Shown: one piece after another, positions 19,701 through 28,766 of the stretch | How the letters are laid out: the number at the start of each line of letters is the position of its first letter | Numbering within the stretch: position 1 is the first letter of the stretch | NCBI GenBank assembly: GCA_022361155.1 | Contig: JAKSBK010000210.1 | Location: 2,364-66,363 of the forward strand | Length of the DNA stretch: 64,000 nucleotides | Origin: Pseudomonadota bacterium | GTDB lineage: Bacteria; Myxococcota_A; Polyangia; Polyangiales; JAKSBK01 | Direction: 5' to 3' | Notes under the pieces: model-generated | Told to the model about the DNA's origin: nothing | The model's database searches: none | What the model saw: only the letters and a program-made list of their open reading frames with translations | Program-made: the position numbers and the translations under genes

Positions 19701-21066
19701 GGACGGCCGCCCCGATCTCATGCTCGGTGGCGATGGCGAGGCGTATCTGTACTTTGGCGCTCGGGCCGGAGATCGCTTGCCGGATGCCCCATCGGTGACT
19801 TTCACGGGCTTGCCGGACTCGATGACAGTCCAGCATGGAGCCTTCGGTGAGCAAATCGCGGGCCTCGGAGACTTCAACGGGGACGGTTGTGCTGATTTTG
19901 CTATTGGAGAAGGTGCTGGGCTCGGCTCAACGCAGGGCGGGGACATGGGACGAGTCTATGTGTTTTTCGGGCGTGATGCTGATCCAGGCAAAGCCTGTCC
20001 CGATGAGTGGCCCACCGCTATCGATGTACCGGCGGGTTGCGGCGTGGCGGGACGGGTTGACGTGTGTTTGGTATCGAGTGAGTCCCTTGCCGTGCTGGGT
20101 GGGCGGGTAGACGCTGTCGGTGATTTCGACGGCGACGGTCTCTCGGACCTGGCAACGAGTGCCCGATTCGCCAGCGGGTTCGAGGGCAGAGTCTACGTTG
20201 TGCTGGGCCGGAAAGCCTATGCATCCGGTACCAGGATCGTCGTTCCTGGAACGCCCGGAATGGCGGGGAATGACCCGGATGGCTTTGTTTTCGCCGTTTC
20301 CGGAAGGTACCAGTTCGGTTGGGGGGTGACGGGGGTCGGTGACTTGCAGGGTGATAACCGTTCCGACCTCGTAATCACGACTCTGGGTCGTGGCCGAACC
20401 GGTACCCCCTGGTCGGTCTACCGTGTATTTGGCCAGACCTACAGTGCTGGCGGCGGGCTGGTCGCCGTGGATCAGAGTGAGCTGCTCGAGATCGCTTCGG
20501 GACCGCCAACTGGTAGCCCAGTTCGGGTCGCAGCGTTGGGTGACGTTGTCGGCGGTTCTGGACCCGATCTGGGGCTGTGGTTCCTCGCCGGGGGCCTCGG
20601 TCAGGTGCAGGTGTGGCCCGGCGACGGGCTCGGAAGCTTCGACCCCAGCCAAGCGGTTGTGCTTGACAACGCGGGCGGCGCCAACACGGATTCCCTCGGC
20701 GTGGCGATGGCATCGGTTCGCGGCCCCTTTTCCTCGAACGCAGACATTGATGGTGACGGCAAGGGCGAGCTGTTCATCGGTAGCGCCGGGTTGGGTGGAC
20801 ATCCCGGTGCCGGGCTGCTGTTCTATGCCGACAACGTCGCGTCGGGCGCACAGTCCGGCGCCATCGGCACAGACGTGGCTTCTGTTAGGCTACGGCATGA
20901 CATGGCGGGCGAGCCCCTAATAGTTGCGGGCAATTCCAGCGACAATCAGAACGTATGGGGCTTCGTCCAGTATGTAGGTGATATAAACGGCGACGGTTTC
21001 CCTGATCTCGCATTCGGCGACCCCAAATCGAACTCGGGTCGCGGCCGGGTGCAGATACTCTACTAG
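16756..21066 (+). CDS. Giant (about 1436 aa) putative lipoprotein with Ig-like repeats and a C-terminal FG-GAP/VCBS beta-propeller
   Basis: GAAGGAG SD 8 nt before ATG 16756 and a lipobox-like LFCGC. Repeated GDxNGDGxxD motifs (GDVNGDGRPDL, GDFNGDGCADF, GDFDGDGLSDL, GDINGDGFPDL). Confidence 0.75.
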   Translation: MVIGQVPGVDRRAAAVKQLDRPAAREAGVIWTLASVLFCGCSVSDDGAGMLTIVSPAPNQMFTPADDISPDQPGFQTLVAVTSTNLTRQARIVLHVDAGDPVLARLLEGVGAPDDAGNAMIMVTLPAGTHELSAETFLGSVRSAGVVYTAPDLGGGPPIGPGGCPTALFVTPLPPAMGATQRTLGPGSDTVGEGCGMTFATTVALATNALDGVEGQLFVNGTPGPVVAAAGGALVFDDVELGNRGTFPNLLEVRFNLAGVVCDALRYPGDLLVDCEGASCELTAPRTDTGFLNLEDDVSSMPGFQTDFQVTTDSSAANQPVRLIVDGNFNTPPMMNPVVNGPQAIATFGGVSLEDGGHTVFAECRDDAGNLTRSAAGRWVVDTVPCTLGIDSPAAGTSFIETDDVNSMQAGLQVELEGTLMGDGCTGVRAAECTGIEGVPFQTHDGSRSVSANVTLSSNRMQSLCLEVRDVARNVAQERVAVERQSDAPKLAFAVPDPQNPDALRFNSAGNTYEGQSYVADLDPTTPACDVRFEVLCDEVGRPVTLHVEATGVQLSGGSADCVAAPAMPMGFRGRATFASVAVAAGTSPTVNIVARQQGGRLEGQSSPLTLNHDCQPPDVLFYEQDPVDGALCQAFTPSTSGGEITKNVRVFSPVAALELKIFRTDGMTPAVPVFTSTTPVPSGASQFLFPNVSFQNGGTYSVVVEATDGAGNLGITPPCQVQVVDIPTLAITAPMNGAALDASGGCAGTGMFNVQVEATTDAAAGSLVEIQIADLPVETTSVGVSGDISECVAAKQGEVDIRVRVSDTARGGAFAEQVLTVTIDSLPPPNPITDLTLLDPTTTPATEDDNPRAGTVRFRWTAVDDAAMGQPLAGYELRCVVAPGQIADEASWSAARSYTLGVNPAAGGNVQEANVSGFRMGEPVRCILRGVDGGGQLTPLPAASDPGYNVPVALSFRDHQVQLAGSARLGMRMVALGDVNGDGRPDLMLGGDGEAYLYFGARAGDRLPDAPSVTFTGLPDSMTVQHGAFGEQIAGLGDFNGDGCADFAIGEGAGLGSTQGGDMGRVYVFFGRDADPGKACPDEWPTAIDVPAGCGVAGRVDVCLVSSESLAVLGGRVDAVGDFDGDGLSDLATSARFASGFEGRVYVVLGRKAYASGTRIVVPGTPGMAGNDPDGFVFAVSGRYQFGWGVTGVGDLQGDNRSDLVITTLGRGRTGTPWSVYRVFGQTYSAGGGLVAVDQSELLEIASGPPTGSPVRVAALGDVVGGSGPDLGLWFLAGGLGQVQVWPGDGLGSFDPSQAVVLDNAGGANTDSLGVAMASVRGPFSSNADIDGDGKGELFIGSAGLGGHPGAGLLFYADNVASGAQSGAIGTDVASVRLRHDMAGEPLIVAGNSSDNQNVWGFVQYVGDINGDGFPDLAFGDPKSNSGRGRVQILY

Positions 21067-21086
21067 TGAAGCCTTGGAGAATCCAA

Positions 21087-21254
21087 ATGAAGGACGAAGT
21101 CCCTGGGCAGAGCGAACCACCTCAGGACCCAGCTAGGCGGCCCTACGAGCCACCGGCGATCGAAGAGAGCGCTCAATTCAGCGTGCTGGCCTTGGGCTGC
21201 GATATTCAGCCGGGGGTTTGCGAGTTCCCCGATACGCCCAGTGCGAGCCTTTAG
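21087..21254 (+). CDS. 55-aa acidic/Pro-rich peptide with two C-terminal Cys (candidate RiPP precursor)
   Basis: GGAGA SD 6 nt upstream of ATG 21087. Sequence MKDEVPGQSEPPQDPARRPYEPPAIEESAQFSVLALGCDIQPGVCEFPDTPSASL. Starts 20 nt after the FG-GAP gene stop and is followed by an S26 peptidase gene. Confidence 0.45.
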   Translation: MKDEVPGQSEPPQDPARRPYEPPAIEESAQFSVLALGCDIQPGVCEFPDTPSASL

Positions 21255-21411
21255 GGCCCGCGAGAGAATGATTTGCGCGTTTCGGCGAGGACCGGGCGCC
21301 GCTGGCAAGGCGCAACGACGAGGAATGTTGGGGATATTTCGAGGAGGATGGACACAGCCAGCCGTGGTCGGAAGCGGCGAAACCCATGGGGGCGCCGCTT
21401 CTGTTCGTGGA
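21251..21411. repeat. MITE-like palindromic interspersed element, copy B (about 160 bp, distal repeat degenerate)
   Basis: ttagggcccgcgagagaatg... aligns at about 85% to the reverse complement of 9601-9680. Central hairpin aatgt/atatt (with G-U). TAG 21252-21254 is the stop of the 55-aa ORF. Confidence 0.75.
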
Positions 21412-21978
21412 GACCTTGCTGTTAACGATGCTAACGATGAGAGGGGTTTCTTCCTTGCTCTGTCCAAGCTGAGCGCTCCGCTGCGCCTGCAAGGAAACAG
21501 CATGATGCCTTGGGTGTGGCCGGGAACACGGGTGTCCGTTGTTGCCTGCAGACCGGAAGAGTTGCGAAAGGGAGACGTGGCTGTCGTGGCGCTGACGGGA
21601 GCGCTGCGGGTCCACCGGGTGATCAGCCGAGACCCTGGAGCTGGTTGGATCCTCCGCGGCGATGCGTTGGCTAAGTGCGATCCCAAACACTACAGCACTC
21701 GGATCGTTGCGCGAGTGCCCGGTACGGTGCTCTTTCGGTGGCATTGGCCGACGGCGCCCCCGGCGCTTGGCTGGGCCGTCAACCGTGCGATACTGTTTTC
21801 CACACGTGCCTCACGACCGATCTACCGGCGCTTGCGCAGAATTCGTGCGAGAGCGGAAGGGCTTGAGCGTGAAGTGCTCGCCTGCCGCAACACCACGAGA
21901 ATCAAGCGTCTCGTTTCGCGGGGGACAGCAGTCCGAGCAGCAGCCAAAGATAGCGCTGGTGCAGAACATCGCTGGTGA
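21325..21978 (+). CDS. S24/S26-family serine peptidase, SipW/archaeal-type signal peptidase-like
   Basis: LQGNSMMPWVWPG (catalytic Ser) and ALRVHRVIS (His of S26B-type enzymes). The only in-frame ATG/GTG starts upstream of the Ser motif (21241, 21268, 21325) lie inside repeat copy B. Confidence 0.6.
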   Translation: MLGIFRGGWTQPAVVGSGETHGGAASVRGDLAVNDANDERGFFLALSKLSAPLRLQGNSMMPWVWPGTRVSVVACRPEELRKGDVAVVALTGALRVHRVISRDPGAGWILRGDALAKCDPKHYSTRIVARVPGTVLFRWHWPTAPPALGWAVNRAILFSTRASRPIYRRLRRIRARAEGLEREVLACRNTTRIKRLVSRGTAVRAAAKDSAGAEHRW

Positions 21979-23293
21979 AACCGACCAACATTAGCGCACA
22001 AGTGGTCAGCCACAGCGTTCGATCTTCAACGTCACAGCGTCGGCGCCAGAGCGTCGCAAGTAGCCCCACAAGACTGATCACACCGAGTATGCCGGCCTCG
22101 GCGGCGAGCCCGAGGTAGGTGTTGTGTGGGGTAGCATATTCGTTGGTGCGAGGGTCGGGTCCGAGCTGATAGCGTTTGGCCACAAAACGGAGCGCGTGCC
22201 CGCCGTAGTTTCCTGGCCCTACTCCGAACCATGGGTTCTCGAGGAAGGCTGCGATGGAGGTCCTGTTGGCGAGCATGTACCGGGTCAGTGAACCACCGCG
22301 ATCGTGTCGAGCTCTAAACACTACGCAGCGCTTGCGCTCCTGGAAGAAGGCGACCTGATGCTCCAGGTCGATCCGCGCACAGTCTACTGTGCGGCGGTCT
22401 GAGTCGGCTTGTGGCCAGGTATCGATTCCCAGGTTCATGATCCAGCCAGCGCCCGCCAGTCCCACAGATGCTGCGAGCGCCGCTGCCTTCACGAGTCCAG
22501 GAGCTGGATTCTTGGCCATCCTCAGAGCAACAGCGCCTGCTACGATAGGGGCCCCCAACCAAGCTCGGCTGAAACTGAGCACTTCGGTGACGCATCCAAG
22601 CGTGAGCCAGGGGCCTAAGCGCCGGGCGCCGTGGCCCGCGCCTAGCAGGGTAACGAGGGCGGTCCAGACTAGCGTGTACTCACCCATGGCCTGGGTGTCT
22701 GAGCCGAAACTTCCGGTCAGCCTCGGCCACATGTCGAACAACGGATGCCGTCCGATGTGAACGAACGCTCCTCGAGGCAGCAGTTGGGTCGTGCAAGACA
22801 GCAGGTAGCCAAGCACGGACGCAGTCAGGGCGAGGGTGCCTCCCGCCACCGCCGCGCGGATCACTAGACGGTCTCGCCTGTCGGCAGCCAGCGCCGCGCA
22901 GGCTGCAGCAACGTAGGGGAGGCCCCAAACCTTCAGGGTGCTGCGTAGGCTGCTGCCGTTCACCAGGCCGCTTGCCGTCAGGGCCAGTGCCATCGCGACG
23001 CAAGCGATGAGCAGCCGTGATCCTACGAGCCTGTCGCGGTTCCTCCAGAGCAACGGCGCGAAAGCAGGCACCGCGAGCAACATCGCAAGGTCGGCGAGTC
23101 GCAGACCTAATGCCCTGTCAACACGCCAGTGCCCGATGCCCTCGAACGGAATCAGGAAGGCGTATGCGGACAGGCCCCAGCTGCCCAGTCGAGCGCCAAT
23201 TCCGTTGCACGGACGTGGGCGTGTCGGGTCCAGCACGGCAAGGAGTGGGTCACGCGACCTCAACCTAAAGCCAAGAGAAAGGAGGCACATCAT
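21902..23293 (-). CDS. O-antigen ligase (Wzy_C)-like polytopic membrane protein
   Basis: About 10-12 hydrophobic helices with a large loop. ...ATPHNTYLGLAAEAGILG... is typical of the O-antigen ligase/Wzy_C domain. Confidence 0.65.
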   Translation of the reverse strand: MMCLLSLGFRLRSRDPLLAVLDPTRPRPCNGIGARLGSWGLSAYAFLIPFEGIGHWRVDRALGLRLADLAMLLAVPAFAPLLWRNRDRLVGSRLLIACVAMALALTASGLVNGSSLRSTLKVWGLPYVAAACAALAADRRDRLVIRAAVAGGTLALTASVLGYLLSCTTQLLPRGAFVHIGRHPLFDMWPRLTGSFGSDTQAMGEYTLVWTALVTLLGAGHGARRLGPWLTLGCVTEVLSFSRAWLGAPIVAGAVALRMAKNPAPGLVKAAALAASVGLAGAGWIMNLGIDTWPQADSDRRTVDCARIDLEHQVAFFQERKRCVVFRARHDRGGSLTRYMLANRTSIAAFLENPWFGVGPGNYGGHALRFVAKRYQLGPDPRTNEYATPHNTYLGLAAEAGILGVISLVGLLATLWRRRCDVEDRTLWLTTCALMLVGFTSDVLHQRYLWLLLGLLSPAKRDA

Positions 23294-23306
23294 AGCCCGA
23301 CAGAGG

Positions 23307-25471
<2,165 letters not shown>

Positions 25472-25475
<4 letters not shown>

Positions 25476-25774
25476 GAAAGCACCCGGAGGCGTCGCGGCC
25501 GCTCGGGGCTGGACACCTCGAGCGCTGCGATCTCGTGACGCCGCAGCGACAGCCTCGAACCGCGCACCTCGAGCTCGAGCGGGTCGCCAAGCGGGGCGAC
25601 CTTGGCGACCCGGATCCGGGTCCCCGGCACCAGTCCGAGCTCCATCAAGCGCCGGCGGAAGGCACGGGATCCCTTGATCCTGCGGATCGACGCCGCTTGC
25701 CCAAAGGGCCAAGCCAGCAAGGAACAGCAGGCCTGCCCCGCATGGGGTGCTTCGGTGTGGGGGTCGTGGGCCAT
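25472..25774 (-). CDS. feoA: FeoA-family protein
   Basis: RRLMELGLVPGTRIRVAKVAPLGDPLELEVRGSRLSLRRHEA SH3-like FeoA motif. Confidence 0.85.
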
Positions 25775-25824
25775 GACTCGGGTCGGAAAAGCCAGGTGGG
25801 GAGCGTCGGATCGGGTATCACACC

Positions 25825-25843
25825 GATAATGACAATCAATTTC
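25825..25843. promoter_or_regulatory. Fur box upstream of feoAB
   Basis: GATAATGACAATCAATTTC matches the 19-bp Fur consensus GATAATGATAATCATTATC at 16/19 positions. Lies 51-69 nt upstream of the feoA start, in the divergent intergenic region. Confidence 0.7.
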
Positions 25844-26017
25844 ATTTTGTGCTAGAAGGCCGCTCGACGAAGAACGCCAAAGCGGCTATGCGGCTCCCTT
25901 GTGCGCACAAAGCGACCACGACGCGTCTTGAACACACCCCCGTCGATCCCGATGGACCGATTTCGAAAGCACGGCTGCATTCCAACCTGAAGACCAAGTT
26001 CAAAAAGCGAGGTATCC

Positions 26018-27949
26018 ATGCGCCCACCTAGCAGCTCTGGCAGCATGATCGGCGTAGCTGGCCTTTTGGCCGTGGCAGCGCTGGCCTGCGGAGGCGAAGA
26101 CGAGCACGCGGCACACGGCCTGACACCGGAAGATCGCACGTGGCTGCAGGACCTGTTGGCAACTGCGCCCGCGACCGGGGGTTTCGGCACGTCCGACCGC
26201 ACCACGCTGCAGGGGATCGCAACCGCGATCCAGATGGCCGCCGGGCCGACCGGCGGCTTCGGCGCATCCGACCGCACCACGTTGCAGGGGATCGCAACCG
26301 CGATCGAGATGGCCGCCATGCCGGTCACCACGCTTCCGCCCCAGGGCGGGCCGGGCTGTCATGCCTTGCGCCCCGGGCTCGAGCATAGCGGCACCGAGGG
26401 CGAGTTCATCGTGCGGCTGTTGAACGCCTCGCCGTGGCCCGAGCACCCCGGCAGACACACCTGGCTCGTCCAGCTGCTCGACATGAGCGGCAAGCCACCG
26501 ATGGGCGTCGGCATGGAGGTCGAGGCCCGCATGCCCGCGCACGCGCACGACGCCGGCCCGATCACCGTGCGCGATCGCTCGCCTGACTTCGGCGATGGAG
26601 TGTTCGAGATCGCCGGCATGGACCTAGCCATGGCCGGGCTGTGGGAGATCCGGATCGAGGCGACGCACAGAAACACGACCGACCAGATCCAGTTCAACGT
26701 GTGCCTGGTCGACCCGCCAGCGCCCGGACACGCCTTCGAGCAGCTCTACGTGTTCAGCCAGAGGCTCGGCAGCCCCAACGACCCCATGGACGACGAGGCC
26801 TGGATCACGATCCTCCGGCCCGGTGCCGAGAGGCCCGTGCTCGAGGAAATCGAAATGCACGGGGCCAACTGGGGCGATGCGGTCGTGGCTCCATCCGGCG
26901 AGCGGCTCTTCGTCAACGACCGGGGCAAGAACCAACTGGTGGTGATCGATACAGCCGCGCAAGCGGTGGAGGCCAGGCTCGACGTGGGTGGCCGGCCCAC
27001 GCATCTGTACAACCCCAACCACGGGCACGAAATCTGGACCCACTCCGACGCAGAGGGCGCGTTCTACATCGCGGACATCGACACGCTCGAGCTAATGGGA
27101 CCGGTCGTGGCGGCGCTCGACAACTCGGGTCACGGCAAGCTGGTCTACGACCCCTCGATCGCGCCGAAGGCGTACGCGACCAACACCAACGATGCCGCGG
27201 TCTTCCCGTTGGATCTGGACCACAAGACCGTGGACTACGCCATCCCGGTCTGCGGTTACACCGACAGCGCGGGCATGCCGGCCGGCGGCACCCACGACAA
27301 GGCCATCTCGCCCTTCAACGGCTATGCCTACTTCCAGTGCACCGGCGGCCAGGGTTTTTCCATTGTCGATACCAGCAACGATTCGGTGGTTCGCGACAAG
27401 CTGCCGCTGAGCGGTTCGGTGAGCCAGTCCCCGGACCACCGTTTCATCTTGGTGATCAATGCCTGCGTGGATGAACCGAGCTGCACCCAGGGCGAAGTCA
27501 ACGTCTGGGACACGCTGCTCGGCGATGGCGTCGCTGTTGATCACACCGTGTCGCTGAGCGGCCAGCCCAGCGCGCGCGGGACCCACTTCCTCGTGCCTGG
27601 AGGAAACTACAACCGCATGCTCGCCTACATCCCGCAGTCAGGCGGCAACGGCGTGGCCGTGCTCGATTTCGCCAAGCTCGTAGCCGATCCCCTGACCCCG
27701 CAAGCGGCAGTGAGCGTGGTCGGCGTGGGCGCGGTGGCCGACCCGGGCACGTCGCACTGGTCGCGCCGCGGGGCGCTCGGTGCGGATGCCTTCTACACGG
27801 TCGTCGACGATGTTTCGGGCCAAGCGGTCGCTGCGATCGCCCTGGACGATCACAGGGTCATGGGCGAACCGATCGCCATCAAAGGCGTGATCTCCCGCCT
27901 CGCGGTGGTTCCGGCCGGCCGAGGTCATGCCCGCGCAGCGGGCCCTTAG
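26018..27949 (+). CDS. Lipoprotein with YtkA/FixH-like Ig domain and a YVTN-type beta-propeller
   Basis: Lipobox LAVAALACGG. WLVQLLDMSGKPPMGVGMEVEARMPAHAHD...GLWEIRIEA resembles a YtkA/FixH-type domain. The C-terminal 400 aa are beta-propeller-like. Divergent from feoAB across the Fur box. Confidence 0.6.
   Translation: MRPPSSSGSMIGVAGLLAVAALACGGEDEHAAHGLTPEDRTWLQDLLATAPATGGFGTSDRTTLQGIATAIQMAAGPTGGFGASDRTTLQGIATAIEMAAMPVTTLPPQGGPGCHALRPGLEHSGTEGEFIVRLLNASPWPEHPGRHTWLVQLLDMSGKPPMGVGMEVEARMPAHAHDAGPITVRDRSPDFGDGVFEIAGMDLAMAGLWEIRIEATHRNTTDQIQFNVCLVDPPAPGHAFEQLYVFSQRLGSPNDPMDDEAWITILRPGAERPVLEEIEMHGANWGDAVVAPSGERLFVNDRGKNQLVVIDTAAQAVEARLDVGGRPTHLYNPNHGHEIWTHSDAEGAFYIADIDTLELMGPVVAALDNSGHGKLVYDPSIAPKAYATNTNDAAVFPLDLDHKTVDYAIPVCGYTDSAGMPAGGTHDKAISPFNGYAYFQCTGGQGFSIVDTSNDSVVRDKLPLSGSVSQSPDHRFILVINACVDEPSCTQGEVNVWDTLLGDGVAVDHTVSLSGQPSARGTHFLVPGGNYNRMLAYIPQSGGNGVAVLDFAKLVADPLTPQAAVSVVGVGAVADPGTSHWSRRGALGADAFYTVVDDVSGQAVAAIALDDHRVMGEPIAIKGVISRLAVVPAGRGHARAAGP
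26174..26317 (+). repeat. In-frame 75-nt tandem duplication (25-aa unit TGGFG[TA]SDRTTLQGIATAI[QE]MAA)
   Basis: Two near-identical units starting at 26174 and 26249, inside the lipoprotein CDS. Confidence 0.85.
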
Positions 27950-27995
27950 GGCCCGCGGAAGAATAGCTCGTCTGTATCGCCCGGTGAGTGACTCG
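27946..27995. repeat. Partial (one-arm) copy of the MITE-like element
   Basis: ttagggcccgcggaagaatagctcgtctgtatcgcc... matches the arm of copy A for about 45 bp. TAG 27947-27949 is the stop of the upstream lipoprotein. Truncated at the pstB 3' end. Confidence 0.6.
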
Positions 27996-28766
27996 TCAGC
28001 CATAGCGCCCTTCAATGTAGTTGGCGGTTCGCTTGTCCGTGGGATTGAGGAACAGGGTCTCGGTGCGAAGGTGCTCTATCTTCTCCCCCAGCAGCATGAA
28101 GACACACTCGTCGCTGACACGCCGGGCCTGAGCCATGTTGTGGGTGACGATCAAGATCGTGTAGCCGCCGCGAAGCTCCCTGATCAGCTCCTCCACCCGC
28201 TGGGTGGCCGCAGGATCAAGCGCAGAGCAGGGCTCGTCCATCAGCAACACCTCGGGCTTCAGCGGCAGCAGGCGGGCAATGCACAGCTTCTGCTGCTGCT
28301 CGAGAGGAAGGGTGGTCGCCCGCGCACGAAGCTTGTCCTTGAGGTCGTCCCATAGCCCGACTCGGCTCAGCGCCTGCTCTACGTAGGCCTCCGTTTCGCC
28401 TGACTTCGAGCGTTGCCCTCGATGAATCCTGAGTCCGAACACGATGTTCTCGGCTATGGACAGCGGAAGTGGGTTCGGCCGTTGGAAGACCATTCCGACC
28501 CGCCTGCGAAGCTCGATCAGATCGACCTCCGGCGCATAGATATCGTGGCCGAGTATCTGCACCGAGCCCACCGTACGCACGCCTTCGATGCGTTCGTTGA
28601 TCCGGTTGAAGCAGCGCAGCAGCGTGGTCTTTCCGCATCCAGAAGGGCCGATGAGCGCGGTGACCAACCCGTGCTTGATATCGAGGCTTACGTCCTTGAG
28701 CGCCTGAAAGTCCCCGTACCACAGGCTCAGCTCGCTGGCCCGGATTCCTTGCCGCACGGCCGTCAT
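27996..28766 (-). CDS. pstB: Phosphate ABC transporter ATPase PstB paralog 2 (degenerate signature motif)
   Basis: Canonical Walker A GPSGCGKTT, Q-loop VGMVFQRPNP, Walker B LLMDEP and H-loop IVTHNM. The ABC signature reads TLPLEQQQKL instead of LSGGQQQRL. Confidence 0.85.
   Translation of the reverse strand: MTAVRQGIRASELSLWYGDFQALKDVSLDIKHGLVTALIGPSGCGKTTLLRCFNRINERIEGVRTVGSVQILGHDIYAPEVDLIELRRRVGMVFQRPNPLPLSIAENIVFGLRIHRGQRSKSGETEAYVEQALSRVGLWDDLKDKLRARATTLPLEQQQKLCIARLLPLKPEVLLMDEPCSALDPAATQRVEELIRELRGGYTILIVTHNMAQARRVSDECVFMLLGEKIEHLRTETLFLNPTDKRTANYIEGRYG

Noticed and set aside
21087-21254. Reading the LALGC sequence of the 55-aa ORF as a lipoprotein lipobox.
   Set aside because: - The N-terminal 30 residues are acidic, Pro-rich and lack a positively charged n-region and a real h-region.
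- A Sec/SPII signal peptide is therefore unlikely, and a leader-peptide interpretation is preferred.
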